From an uncultured Alphaproteobacteria bacterium (GTDB taxonomy: Bacteria; Pseudomonadota; Alphaproteobacteria; Sphingomonadales; Sphingomonadaceae): a DNA stretch of 64,000 bases. The notes beneath the pieces were generated by a model. It made no database searches and was not told the origin of the DNA. It worked only from the letters and a program-made list of their open reading frames with translations. The stretch is from assembly GCA_963829625.1 (NCBI GenBank), contig CAWHJH010000005.1, positions 1,861 to 65,860 on the forward strand. The letters run 5' to 3'. Of the stretch, positions 29,048 to 39,155 are shown in pieces (positions within the stretch are counted from its first letter, which is position 1; every line of letters begins with the position of its first letter). The position numbers and the translations under genes are program-made.

Positions 29048-29881
29048 CTAGGACAGCGGGGCCTCGCTAGCAAGTTTCGGTCCCTTGGCCTCCTCCGCAA
29101 GCTCGACAGCACGCCGCGAAGCTGCGCTGATCGTCAGGGAAATGAGCTTGTCGAGCACGTCCTCGCGATTGAGCACCGCAAGCCCAGCCTCGGTCGTGCC
29201 GTTCGGGCTGGCGACGCGGCGGACGATGTCGTCCATGCTTTCCTGCGTCGTGGCCGCCATCCAGGCGGTGCCGAGCACCGTTTCGAGCGCGATGGTCCTG
29301 GCGAGGTCCGCGGATAGGCCACGGTCCACGCCCGCCTTGGCAAGAGCGTCGACGAACCGTGCCACATAGGCCGGGCCGGCGCCGGCGACGGAGCCAACGG
29401 CCGCAAGGCCGCTTTCATTGTTCGTCCACAGCGCGAAGCCGAGCTGCCCGAACAATTGCGAAAGCTCATCGTGCAACTCGCCCGGAAGCTCTTCGCCGTA
29501 AAGCGCAACGACGCCGCGGCGGATGGCGACCGGCAGGTTGGGCAGCGCACGGACGATCGCTCCCGCGGTCCAGAATTTGGCGCGAAGCGTCTCGACCTCG
29601 ACGCCCGCCAGGATCGACACGACGACCGTCTGTTGCGTGAGATGCGGCGTGAGCCGCGCCACCACCTCGTCGAGCTGCTGCGGCTTGCAGCCGAGGACGA
29701 CGAGCTTCGGCGACGGGCCTGCCTCGCCGTAGTTGCTCACCACCTTGAGGCCTTCGACGGGCCGGCCGCTGGGGCGAACCACCACTGCGTTGCTGAGGTC
29801 GACGCCTGCGGATCGCCAGCCTTGCACCATGGCTCCGGCCATATTGCCGCAGCCGATGAACCAGATCGGATCGAGAGTCAG
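29048..29881 (-). CDS. proC: Pyrroline-5-carboxylate reductase (probable CTG start)
   Basis: IGCGNMAGAM, KPQ, SILAG, PNLP, GPAY, VASPNGTT. Confidence 0.92.
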   Translation of the reverse strand: MTLDPIWFIGCGNMAGAMVQGWRSAGVDLSNAVVVRPSGRPVEGLKVVSNYGEAGPSPKLVVLGCKPQQLDEVVARLTPHLTQQTVVVSILAGVEVETLRAKFWTAGAIVRALPNLPVAIRRGVVALYGEELPGELHDELSQLFGQLGFALWTNNESGLAAVGSVAGAGPAYVARFVDALAKAGVDRGLSADLARTIALETVLGTAWMAATTQESMDDIVRRVASPNGTTEAGLAVLNREDVLDKLISLTISAASRRAVELAEEAKGPKLASEAPLS

Positions 29882-29883
29882 GG

Positions 29884-30399
29884 CTAAGCCTCCCCGTGAG
29901 TATCGATGAGCGCCGCGGCGATGGCCTCGCCCGGCGATTTCCCGCCCCAGAGCACGAACTGGAAGACGGGATAGAAACGCTCGCACTCCTCGAGCGCGGC
30001 TTCGATGATGGACTCCGCCTGGTCGAGCGTCAGTCCGTCATTTTCGCGGGTGTCCAGGATCGTTGCATGACGAAAGACGATCAGTCCGGATCCCGACCAC
30101 ATCTCGAAATGGCCAAGCCAGAGCTGCTCGTTGATGAGCCCGAGGCTTTCGTAGATCGCCTGCCTCTTCTCGGGCGTTCCCTTGATGTCCGGGAAGGCCA
30201 GGAACTGCAGGACCTGATCCTCAGGGCGCCAGACGCCGCGGAGCTCATACTGTGTCCAACTGCCGGTTGCCGAGGCGACGATCTCTCCCTCGCCCGAGCG
30301 TTCGCACGCCCAGCCGCGAGCCTCGAAATATTGCTCGAGGACTTCGATCGGAGCGCCGTCGTCCCGCTCTTCCTGGATTTCTTCGTCAGACAGGTTCAC
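29884..30399 (-). CDS. YbjN-domain protein
   Basis: INEQLWLGHFE and CERFYPVFQFVLW; conserved position upstream of proC in alphaproteobacteria. Confidence 0.88.
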   Translation of the reverse strand: MNLSDEEIQEERDDGAPIEVLEQYFEARGWACERSGEGEIVASATGSWTQYELRGVWRPEDQVLQFLAFPDIKGTPEKRQAIYESLGLINEQLWLGHFEMWSGSGLIVFRHATILDTRENDGLTLDQAESIIEAALEECERFYPVFQFVLWGGKSPGEAIAAALIDTHGEA

Positions 30400-30695
30400 G
30401 CCTCCGAGCCGCCCTTTGCCTTGCCCGGGCGCTTGGCGCCTGCCGCCGGGCCGGCGACCTTCGCCTCGAGCGCGGCGATACGGCTCTTCAGGATTTCGTT
30501 CTCGTCACGCGCAGCGGCCGCCATGGCCTTCACCGCCTCGAACTCGTCGCGGCCGACGAAGTCGGCACCGGCCATCCACTCGCGCATCTTCTCGCGCATG
30601 GACAACTCTGCCTCACGGCCAACGCCGGCCATGGTCCCGGCAACGCCGTTCACCATCTTCACGAAGTCGTCGAACAACTTGTTCTCGGACTGCAT
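30396..30695 (-). CDS. UbiK/BMFP-family accessory factor
   Basis: MQSENKLFDD...VGRDEFEAVKAMA..AR.ENE coiled coil. Confidence 0.85.
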   Translation of the reverse strand: MQSENKLFDDFVKMVNGVAGTMAGVGREAELSMREKMREWMAGADFVGRDEFEAVKAMAAAARDENEILKSRIAALEAKVAGPAAGAKRPGKAKGGSEA

Positions 30696-30825
30696 ATTCC
30701 TCTCCTCCACCCTGCCCGATGGATGTCAGCTACACGAACGGGCAATGGATTGCGGCACTTACTGCAGCCGCGAAGCACAACGAGGCCAAATAGGGAAGCC
30801 CGAACGCGTTCGCCAGTGGCGTAAG

Positions 30826-31842
30826 TCAGCGCAGCGCGATGGCTTTCATCTGGAGCGCGCCCGTCTCCGGCAGCAGCACCTTCAGCTTCTTGCGCTGAAA
30901 GTCGATCGAGACGCGATCGAAGCTGCGAAGCGCGTTCATGCCGAGTAGCAAGGCCGGCTTGCTGTCGAGGTTGAGCCTTCGGAACGCATGCGAGTCGGCG
31001 AATACGATGGGCATGTTCTTCAGCGTGATCCCGCCGACCTCGAGTTCGCGGACGATCATATACTCGCCCATGATCTTCTCGCCCGTGACGGACTGAAGCT
31101 CGACCTGCCCAGTGCGCTTCATCCTGCCCCCGTGGCTGAGCTTCTCCCGCAGCTTCATGTTCCCGATCGAAATCTGCGCGCCCGTGTCGACCACCAGCGT
31201 CAGCGGAATATTCTCGGCATGTGCCTTGCTGAGGATCAGCCGCCCGTTCTTGACCCGCGCGGTGACGACGATCGTGTCCTTGTCCTCGGGGACATGAGTA
31301 TCCGCCGGAACGATGGTCAAAGTCTGCTTGCGAAAATCGAACAGGACGCGCTGCGAGCGAAGCGAGTCGAGCCCCAGGATTCCGTCCGCGCCCATATGCG
31401 CCGAATCGAGGAGCGCGGCATCGAGGTTCCGCACCTGCTTGGCGGTCATGTCGAGCATGGGCACGTTGGCCGTCTGGATCTGCAATTCACCGGTCACGCT
31501 GTGGAGAGTGGTCCCCTTGCGGTCGCCGAGCTGGAGCTGTCGTGCGAGATCGGACGAAATCGCCGTGCGGTCGGCGCCGGTGTCTATCAGGAAGCGGTAC
31601 GGCCCATGCCCGCTGACGCGCACGGGCACCGTCATCCGGTCGTAGCCGTCGCCCTTGAAGCGCAGGTCCGTCGCCTGCGTGGTCCTGTCGACCTGGTCGG
31701 AGTGGGAAACCGCTTCATACTCCTGGGTCCTGATCGGCGAGACCTCGGTCCGGACCATTGGCACCGGACGCGTCGGCGTCTGGGCGGCGAGCGGAAGCGC
31801 CGTTCCAAGCAAGGCCACAGCAACGAAAGGCAGGATTCGCAT
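30826..31842 (-). CDS. Secreted two-domain retropepsin-like aspartyl protease
   Basis: Signal peptide; FLIDTGA...GILGLD and VVDTGA...LLGMN. Confidence 0.88.
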   Translation of the reverse strand: MRILPFVAVALLGTALPLAAQTPTRPVPMVRTEVSPIRTQEYEAVSHSDQVDRTTQATDLRFKGDGYDRMTVPVRVSGHGPYRFLIDTGADRTAISSDLARQLQLGDRKGTTLHSVTGELQIQTANVPMLDMTAKQVRNLDAALLDSAHMGADGILGLDSLRSQRVLFDFRKQTLTIVPADTHVPEDKDTIVVTARVKNGRLILSKAHAENIPLTLVVDTGAQISIGNMKLREKLSHGGRMKRTGQVELQSVTGEKIMGEYMIVRELEVGGITLKNMPIVFADSHAFRRLNLDSKPALLLGMNALRSFDRVSIDFQRKKLKVLLPETGALQMKAIALR

Positions 31843-31913
31843 CGTCCACCACCCCTTTGCGGTCGCGCTTATACCACGAATGCGGACCCGCACGGGAATT
31901 TCGACGAACGGGC

Positions 31914-32432
31914 CTAGCCCAGCAGCCAAGCGCTCGCGCCTGGATTGAGACGGCCGATCGCCGAGTTGAGCGACGCCGCGAAGCAGAGCCAAAGCAGGTA
32001 GGGCAGCATCAGATAGCCGGCCACGGGGCGGATCCGCCGGAACTGGCCCGCGGCGAGCGCTGCCAGGCCGACCATCACGACGATCACCACCAGCGCCGGC
32101 TGGATGGCATGGGCGGCAAAGAAGATCGGCGACCATGCGAAGTTCAGCGCGAGCTGCGAGAAAAAGAGGATCAGGGCGTTTCGGCGGGTTTTCGAGTCAG
32201 GTTCCGCAAGGATGAGCGCAACCGCCACGCCCAGCAAGAAGTACAGGATTGGCCAAACGACTCCGAAAACCCATCCCGGCGGCATGAAGGACGGCTTTGC
32301 CAGCCGGTCGAACCAGTCGTTCCCGTAACCGGAGTTCGACAGCCATCCGCTAAGGGATCCCGCGAGCATGATCGCCGGGACGGTGTAGCAGGCGATCCGC
32401 CACCATTCGCGCTGTGCTGACCGTTCAGCCAT
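31914..32432 (-). CDS. tspO: TspO/MBR tryptophan-rich sensory protein
   Basis: L.KPSFMPPGWVFGVVWPILY, LNFAWSPIFF, PYLLWL.FA..LN. Confidence 0.92.
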   Translation of the reverse strand: MAERSAQREWWRIACYTVPAIMLAGSLSGWLSNSGYGNDWFDRLAKPSFMPPGWVFGVVWPILYFLLGVAVALILAEPDSKTRRNALILFFSQLALNFAWSPIFFAAHAIQPALVVIVVMVGLAALAAGQFRRIRPVAGYLMLPYLLWLCFAASLNSAIGRLNPGASAWLLG

Positions 32433-33162
32433 TCTTCTCCGCTCCGAGCAGAAACTCGACATTGCCTTCCGGCCCCGTGATCGGGCTCTGCGTCACTCCA
32501 AGCACCGTCCAGCCCTGCAACTCAACCCAGCCTTTGGCCTGTGTGCAGACGCGCTCATGGACGATTGGATCCCGGACCACGCCGCCCTTGCCGACTTCTT
32601 CCCGGCCAGCCTCGAATTGCGGCTTTACGAGCGCAACCAGCTTCGCACCCGGTTTCCCGAAAATGAGAGCCGCTTCAAGGACCTTGGAAAGAGAGATGAA
32701 GCTGGCATCGCAGACGACAATGTCGATTGCCTCCGGCACCTGCTCTTCGGTGAGGAAACGCGCGTTCGTCTGCTCTTGCACCACGACGCGCGGGTCCTGA
32801 CGCAGCTTCCAGGCGAGCTGGTTGGTTCCGACGTCGACCGCAAAGACCTTCGACGCCCCACGCGTGAGAAGGACGTCGGTGAATCCGCCGGTCGACGAAC
32901 CGATGTCGAGGGCGACAGCACCGGCCACATCGAACCCGAAATGGGTCAAGCCATGGTCGAGCTTGATCCCGCCCCGCGAGACCCAGGGATGATCCTTGCC
33001 GCGCACATCCAGCGGCGCGTCCTCGGCAAGCATGTCGCCCGCCTTCGCGAGCTTCCTCTCGCCGCTAAACACCGTTCCGGCCATGATCAGGGCCTGTGCC
33101 CGGGTCCGGCTCTCCGCCAGCCCGCGGCTTACCATCAGCTGGTCTGCGCGGACCCTTGCTAC
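32425..33162 (-). CDS. tlyA: TlyA family rRNA methyltransferase (start uncertain)
   Basis: S4 domain [54 protein letters not shown]. Confidence 0.93.
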   Translation of the reverse strand, partial: VARVRADQLMVSRGLAESRTRAQALIMAGTVFSGERKLAKAGDMLAEDAPLDVRGKDHPWVSRGGIKLDHGLTHFGFDVAGAVALDIGSSTGGFTDVLLTRGASKVFAVDVGTNQLAWKLRQDPRVVVQEQTNARFLTEEQVPEAIDIVVCDASFISLSKVLEAALIFGKPGAKLVALVKPQFEAGREEVGKGGVVRDPIVHERVCTQAKGWVELQGWTVLGVTQSPITGPEGNVEFLLGAEKNG

Positions 33163-35081
33163 GCCCGCACCTCTTCGACGCCGGCGCTGTTGACCCGCAG
33201 CGCCTTCAGCACCGTCTCTACGATCTGCGGGGCGTTGAGACCCGCCTCGTCGTACTGCTTCTCGGGCTTGTCGTGATCCTGGAAGCTGTCCGGTAGCCGC
33301 ATCGTGCGGATCTTGAGGCCGCCGTCGACCAGGCCCGTGTCGCTGGCCAGCGTCAGGACGTGAGCGCCAACGCCGCCGACGGCCGCTTCCTCGACCGTCA
33401 CCGCAACCTCATGAGTCGTAAGCAGTCGCCGGATCAACTCCTCGTCGAGCGGCTTGGCGAAGCGAAGGTCCGCAACCGTCGTTGAGAGGCCCTTGGCCTC
33501 AAGCTGCTCGGCCGCCTTCTCCGCTTCTTCGAGGCGGGTGCCGAGCGACAGGATGGCGACCTTGCTGCCCTGCTTGACGATCCGGCCCTTGCCGATCTCC
33601 AGCCGCTCGGGCGTCGCGGGAAGCTGCAGGCCCCTGCCCTCGCCGCGCGGATAGCGAACCGCGATCGGTCCGCTGTCGTGCAGCGCCATGGTGTGGACCA
33701 TGTGGACGAGCTCGACCTCGTCGGCCGCCGCCATCACCACGAAGTTCGGCAGAGTACAGAGATAGGCGAGGTCGAAGCTGCCCGCGTGCGTTGCTCCGTC
33801 CGCACCGACCAGGCCGGCCCGGTCCATGCCGAAGCGCACCGGCAGATTCTGGATCGCAACGTCGTGGACGACTTGATCGTACGCACGCTGCAGGAAGGTC
33901 GAATAGATGGCGCAGAACGGCCGGTAGCCTTGAGCCGCGAGACCGGCGGCGAATGTCACCGCATGCTGCTCGGCGATCCCGACGTCGAACATTCGGTCCG
34001 GGAATTTCTCGGCGAACTTGTCGAGGCCGGTGCCTGACGGCATCGCCGCCGTGATGGCGACGACCTTCTCATCGCGCTCGGCTTCGGCGGTGAGCGCCTT
34101 GGCGAAGACCGACGTATAGCTCGGCGCTCCCGGTGCCGGCTTTGCCTGGACGCCGGACACGACGTCGAACTTCACCACGCCATGATATTTGTCGGCGGAA
34201 TTCTCCGCGGGCTCGTAGCCCTTGCCCTTGTGCGTCACGACATGGACCAGCATCGGCCCGATCTCCGCATCGCGGACGTTTTCGAGCACATCGACGAGCG
34301 CTTCGACGTCATGACCATCGACGGGCCCGACATAATAGAAGCCGAGCTCGTCGAAGAGCGTCCCGCCGGTGAACAGGCCGCGGGCATATTCCTCCATTCG
34401 GCGCGCAGTGCGGTGAAGCGGTTCTGGCATGGCCCGAGCGATCCTTTGCGCCAGCTTGCGAGGCGCGAGGTACTTGTTCGAGCTGACCAGCCGGGCGAGC
34501 GCATTGCGCAGCGATCCGACCGGCGGCGCAATGGACATGTCGTTGTCGTTGAGGATGACGACGAGGCGGTTTCCCGCCGCCGCGGCATTGTTCATAGCCT
34601 CATAGGCCATGCCGGCGCTCAATGCCCCGTCGCCGATGACAGCCACGGCCTTGCCCGGTGCATCGGAAAGCTTGTTCGCAATTGCGAAGCCGAGGGCTGC
34701 GGAAATGGACGTTGAGCTGTGCGCTGCTCCGAACGGGTCGTATTCGCTCTCGCTCCGCTTGGTGAAGCCGCTGAGCCCCCCACCCTGCCGAAGCGTGCGG
34801 ATGCGGTCGCGCCGCCCGGTCACGATCTTGTGCGGATAGGCCTGGTGGCCGACGTCCCAGATCAGCTTGTCGCTGGGCGTATCGAACACGTAGTGCAAGG
34901 CGACCGTCAGCTCGACGACGCCAAGCCCCGCGCCCAGGTGACCGCCGGTCACCGAGACTGCGGAGATGACCTCGTGGCGCAGCTCATCGGCGAGTTGCCG
35001 CAGGTCGCTCCGGTCGAGGCCCCGGATGTCAGCAGGATATTGGACCGTGTCGAGCAACGGTGTTTGTGGCCGGTCGGACAT
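33159..35081 (-). CDS. dxs: 1-deoxy-D-xylulose-5-phosphate synthase
   Basis: [14 protein letters not shown]...[24 protein letters not shown]. Confidence 0.97.
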   Translation of the reverse strand: MSDRPQTPLLDTVQYPADIRGLDRSDLRQLADELRHEVISAVSVTGGHLGAGLGVVELTVALHYVFDTPSDKLIWDVGHQAYPHKIVTGRRDRIRTLRQGGGLSGFTKRSESEYDPFGAAHSSTSISAALGFAIANKLSDAPGKAVAVIGDGALSAGMAYEAMNNAAAAGNRLVVILNDNDMSIAPPVGSLRNALARLVSSNKYLAPRKLAQRIARAMPEPLHRTARRMEEYARGLFTGGTLFDELGFYYVGPVDGHDVEALVDVLENVRDAEIGPMLVHVVTHKGKGYEPAENSADKYHGVVKFDVVSGVQAKPAPGAPSYTSVFAKALTAEAERDEKVVAITAAMPSGTGLDKFAEKFPDRMFDVGIAEQHAVTFAAGLAAQGYRPFCAIYSTFLQRAYDQVVHDVAIQNLPVRFGMDRAGLVGADGATHAGSFDLAYLCTLPNFVVMAAADEVELVHMVHTMALHDSGPIAVRYPRGEGRGLQLPATPERLEIGKGRIVKQGSKVAILSLGTRLEEAEKAAEQLEAKGLSTTVADLRFAKPLDEELIRRLLTTHEVAVTVEEAAVGGVGAHVLTLASDTGLVDGGLKIRTMRLPDSFQDHDKPEKQYDEAGLNAPQIVETVLKALRVNSAGVEEVRA

Positions 35082-35186
35082 AGGGTCCGCACTTATCCGC
35101 AACCTGCCGCGCTGTCACCCAAGCCCTTAGGCCATCATCGATTACTCACGAATTGCTCAAGCGTGGCAATTTCAGGCCAATCTGCC

Positions 35187-36160
35187 TCACGAGTGCGTCG
35201 ATGGCCTCGACCGCGGTGTAGAACCGCTCACCCCCGCTCCCGCGGATCTCGACGAAGTTCGTCCGCGAGAGAACCAGCGTGGCACGCGCCACTCGGCCGA
35301 ATTTCTCCCTCTCCTCGCGCGTCTTATAGACCCGCGTCCAGCCGTCGAGAAGGCGCTCGCGCCCAGCATCAGATAGAGATCGGCCTTGCGCTGGGAGATG
35401 AGCTGGTCGGGCGGTAGCCGATCATCATCTGCGACCAGGCGGCGGTCATCAGGGCGTCGTATCGGCGATGAGCAGCCGGTTGGCCAGGGCCGCGCCGCTC
35501 GATCGATGCCTGCTGCGCTTCGCCGATCAGCATCAAATCCGCCTCACGACAGTCGGTGCTGTGGGTCTCACAATGCGACCGGCCGTATTCGGGGACCAAG
35601 GTCGTGCCGAAATGCTCGGCCAGCCGCTCGGCGAGCGTCGACTTCCGACGCTTTCGACCCCGTGCAGACAGACCGTGACCGCATAATGATTGCGGACCGC
35701 GGAGGGAGATAAGGACCAATAGTGCCACGGGTCGGCGCGCACCTGCGCGCCGGATAGGCCGCCGATCCCGTAGACTGGTCGGCGTTGAGGATGCGCCCGC
35801 CGAGCGGGACGAACATGTCCGCCGACATGCTCCGCCAGCTCTGCGCCATAGGCCTCGCCGGCGAAGACATAGTCGATCGGCTCGGGATGCGCCCGGGCGA
35901 CGATGTCGCGTCCAGATCTGCCAGAATTCCGGGCTCGTAGGACGGCTGCCTGCGGCACCGGCTTCCGATGGCCAAGACGATGCGGCAATCTGGAAACAGC
36001 TGGCGCATCCAGTCGAGCCGCATGTTCGCCGGATAGGATCGTCGGGCAGCAGGTGCAGAGCAGGACGGTCAGCTCGTCGACCAGGGCCCGCAGACTGGAT
36101 GAGCGCACGTGCCCGGCGTGCGGAGGCATGAACTTGCCCAAGCAGGAACCCGCGCTTCAT
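35187..36160 (-). pseudogene. nadR: NadR-type NMN adenylyltransferase / ribosylnicotinamide kinase, multiply frameshifted
   Basis: GKFMPPHAGH, RLDWMRQLFP, DYVFAGEAYG, Walker A (GVESVG/KSTL), VPEYGR pieces in shifting frames; 3' end approximate. Confidence 0.8.
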
Positions 36161-36714
36161 GCTGCCGCCTTCGCTGCCATCCGAACAGCCCGGCGACCGC
36201 GAGCACGAGAAACAAGGCATAGAGCGCAGCGGTTACGAAAAGCCCGCGCCACGCGAACAGCCCGATCGCCAGGCAGTCGACCGCGATCCACAGCACCCAG
36301 CTTTCGACACGGCGCAGCGACTGCAGGATCTGCGCCGCCGACGCTGAGCCCGGCGATCGCGTGCATCGGCGATAAGGCGCGGCCGCGTCGGTGCAGCGCG
36401 CCATTGCCGGTGCCCCACTGGACGACATAGCTGCGGCCGTTCCGGCCAGCCAGGACAGGCGCGCTTCGTCCAGTCCATCCAGCCGACGGCGACGCCATGA
36501 TCGACCTGCGTCGGCGCGAAACCACGGCCCACCAGCCGTAAACCTGGATCGAGAAGGAAAAAGATCTGCAGAAGCGCGTCCGAATAGAGCTTCGCGTCCC
36601 AGAAGACGAAGAAGTAGAGCGACACCATCGTGATGCCGAAAGGATAGTTCCAGATGATCGGAGAGAAGAGCAGTGACACGCCGAGAAGCGGCGCTGCAAT
36701 TTCGATGCCCCCAC
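36157..36714 (-). pseudogene. pnuC: Nicotinamide riboside transporter PnuC, multiply frameshifted
   Basis: IWNYPFGI, LYSDALLQIFF, YGWW, AQILQS.RRVESWVLWIAVD fragments. Confidence 0.8.
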
Positions 36715-36755
36715 TTCGAGGTTACGCTGGGGAACTGATCATTGGGGGAGCTGGC

Positions 36756-37226
36756 TCAGTCTTCGCCGCAGTCGCCGCAGGTGCCACGGACTTCGATGAC
36801 CGGCCTGCTCGCGGAAAAGCCTGCCGACGCCGCCGCCTTCCGGACGCCGCCGGACAGCGCGTCGTCGTCGATGTGCACTGCCTGCCCGCAAGTGTCGCAG
36901 ATCAGGAAGATGCAGTCGTGCAGGCAGTCGGGATGGGCATTCGCGACATAGGCGTTGGCGCTTTCCACCCGCCGCGCGAGGTTCGCTCCGACGAAGAGGT
37001 CGAGGATGCGATAGACGCTATTCGCGGCAACCCGGCGGCCCTGCTTGTTCGAAACTGCCTCGGCGATGTCGTAGGCGCTGGCGGGCCGATCGAAACCGGC
37101 GAGCGCCTCGAACACGGAGGCGCGCATGTCCGTCCACTGCTCGCCGCGGCTGGTCAGCCGTTCGCGGGCAGCTTCCTGAAGCAATTCGCCCTTATGGACA
37201 TGATGCTGGTGCGCACCCATCGGCAT
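36756..37226 (-). CDS. Fur-family regulator, Zur-like
   Basis: SAYDIA, SVYRILD, RVES.NAY, FLICDTCG and CGDC; His-rich N-terminus. Confidence 0.88.
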   Translation of the reverse strand: MPMGAHQHHVHKGELLQEAARERLTSRGEQWTDMRASVFEALAGFDRPASAYDIAEAVSNKQGRRVAANSVYRILDLFVGANLARRVESANAYVANAHPDCLHDCIFLICDTCGQAVHIDDDALSGGVRKAAASAGFSASRPVIEVRGTCGDCGED

Positions 37227-37276
37227 GGGAAATAGACCTCGGTTGGTTGAGCCGCAAGCGGCTCAAAATCCGCGGA

Positions 37277-37642
37277 TTACTCGGCGGCGATGCTGTTGAG
37301 CTGGTGGCCGAGCGCCAGGATTCCGACGCCGATCACTGTGTAAAGTGCCTCGGTACCATCGTGCGGAAGGCTGAGCGCTCCCGCCATCACACCCAGGCCG
37401 ATGCTTCCCACCGCGCTCGGCATCATAAATCCGTGCTCGACGACGCCACGGCCAAGTGCAACGGCGCCCAGGATCATTGCGAGGCCGAGCCCGACCTCGT
37501 GGATCAGAGGCGATCCAAGCAGGCCGCCGGCCGCCGAGAGCATCGCGAGGAGCACGGCCGTGCCGAGGCAATGCACAAGACACAGGCCGGACAGGCCAAT
37601 GGCCAGCCGGTCGAGCCCGCGGGATTGCAATGCGATCGCCAT
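37277..37642 (-). CDS. MerC-domain membrane protein
   Basis: LDRLAIGLSGLCLVHC, four hydrophobic helices, C-terminal H..N. Confidence 0.85.
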   Translation of the reverse strand: MAIALQSRGLDRLAIGLSGLCLVHCLGTAVLLAMLSAAGGLLGSPLIHEVGLGLAMILGAVALGRGVVEHGFMMPSAVGSIGLGVMAGALSLPHDGTEALYTVIGVGILALGHQLNSIAAE

Positions 37643-37670
37643 GGGCGAGGATATAACGCCCCATTCGTCA

Positions 37671-37687
37671 GGTTACAACATTACATC
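37671..37687. promoter_or_regulatory. Putative Zur/Fur-family box
   Basis: AT-rich imperfect dyad GATGTAATGTTGTAACC (minus strand), similar to TGTTAT-N3-ATAACA. Confidence 0.45.
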
Positions 37688-37764
37688 AACGACATTTTCG
37701 CTCGACCGTGTCGAGACCGCCGGACCTTGGCAAAGCCTTCTCGCGGTCCGATACGCCCGCGTAA

Positions 37765-38829
37765 ATGGACTCGACCCTCCCCACTTCCGTCGCGGGGCAG
37801 CTTCAATCGACGAAGCGCCCCCTTGCCATCTCCAACTGGCTCCTGGCCGTCGCTGCGCTGGTCTTCCTGATGGTCGTTGTGGGCGGCATCACCCGGCTGA
37901 CCGAAAGCGGCCTGTCGATCACGGAGTGGAAGCCGGTCACCGGCGCGATCCCGCCCCTGACCCAGGCGGATTGGGAACACGCCTTCCAGCTCTACCGCCA
38001 GACGCCGGAATATATCGAGATCAACGGACCTGCCGGAATGACCCTGGCGCAGTTCAAGTTCATCTTCTTCTGGGAGTGGCTGCACCGCCTGCTCGGCCGG
38101 CTGATCGGCCTCGCCTTCGCGCTGCCGCTGATCTGGTTCGCCGCGAAGCGCGCGATCCCTCAGGGCTATGGCTGGAAGCTCGCCGGCCTGCTCGTCCTCG
38201 GCGGGCTGCAGGGCGCGCTCGGCTGGTACATGGTCATGTCCGGCCTCGTCGACCGGACGGACGTGAGCCATTTTCGTCTTTCCGCGCATTTGTTGCTGGC
38301 ATTCGCGATCATGGGCGCATTGGTGTGGGTCGCTCTCGACCTTCGCTTACTCGCGCGCATGGGCGAGGATCGCCCCGCGCGCATGACCGGTCCTGCGGTC
38401 GCCGCGCTCGCTGTCCTCTTCGTGCAGCTCCTCTACGGAGCCTGGGTCGCGGGGCTTAGTGCAGGCTCGGTCGCCAGCGACTGGCCGACCATGCAGGGCC
38501 GCCTCCTGCCAGATGGCATCGACTGGTCGAAGGGGGCACTCTTTACCCTCACCCACGACCCCTACCTGATCCATTTCATCCACCGCTGGTGGGCCTGGAT
38601 TACCGTCGCCGCGCTCGTCGTCTTCGCCCGCCGGATCCGCACGCTCGACGGCGGCCGGGCGGCATCCAAGGCGATCCATTCCGCCTTCGGAACGCAGATC
38701 ATCCTCGGCATTCTGACAGTGCTTACGGGCGTCGCACTCTGGCTCGCAGTGCTTCATCAGGCAGTGGGCGCGCTGGTCGTCGCCTCCACGGTCTGGGGCG
38801 CGCACGTTCTCGGACGGATGACGGAATGA
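37765..38829 (+). CDS. ctaA: Heme A synthase COX15/CtaA
   Basis: GGITRLTESGLSITEW, EWLHRLLGR, GWYMVMSGL, HFIHR, LHQ. Confidence 0.95.
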   Translation: MDSTLPTSVAGQLQSTKRPLAISNWLLAVAALVFLMVVVGGITRLTESGLSITEWKPVTGAIPPLTQADWEHAFQLYRQTPEYIEINGPAGMTLAQFKFIFFWEWLHRLLGRLIGLAFALPLIWFAAKRAIPQGYGWKLAGLLVLGGLQGALGWYMVMSGLVDRTDVSHFRLSAHLLLAFAIMGALVWVALDLRLLARMGEDRPARMTGPAVAALAVLFVQLLYGAWVAGLSAGSVASDWPTMQGRLLPDGIDWSKGALFTLTHDPYLIHFIHRWWAWITVAALVVFARRIRTLDGGRAASKAIHSAFGTQIILGILTVLTGVALWLAVLHQAVGALVVASTVWGAHVLGRMTE

Positions 38830-39155
38830 GCGTCGTTTCGGTCTATTGCGTCTTCGCCAGCACCGAGGAGGCTGAGCGCATCGGCCGGACGGTCGTGGAG
38901 GAAGGGCTCGCCGCCTGCATCAACGTAATGGGGCCATGCCGCTCGATCTACCGCTGGCACGGTTCGATCGAAACCGCGGAGGAAGCTCCAGCAATTCTCA
39001 AGACATCGGCGGAAGCCGCCGAAGCGCTGATCTCGCGCATTGCCGGCCTGCACAGCTACGAACTGCCGTGCATCGCCGTCTGGCCGATCGACAAATTGCT
39101 CCTCGGCTATGCCGAATGGGTCGAGCAGAGCGTCGGCCCGTTGGGCAACGCCTAG
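38826..39155 (+). CDS. cutA: Divalent-cation tolerance protein CutA
   Basis: LAACIN, SIYRWHG, HSYELPCI. Confidence 0.93.
   Translation: MSVVSVYCVFASTEEAERIGRTVVEEGLAACINVMGPCRSIYRWHGSIETAEEAPAILKTSAEAAEALISRIAGLHSYELPCIAVWPIDKLLLGYAEWVEQSVGPLGNA

Noticed and set aside
30826-31842. Retropepsin domains as a sign of a retroelement
   Set aside because: Secreted two-domain aspartyl proteases are ordinary chromosomal genes in this group; no RT or integrase nearby.
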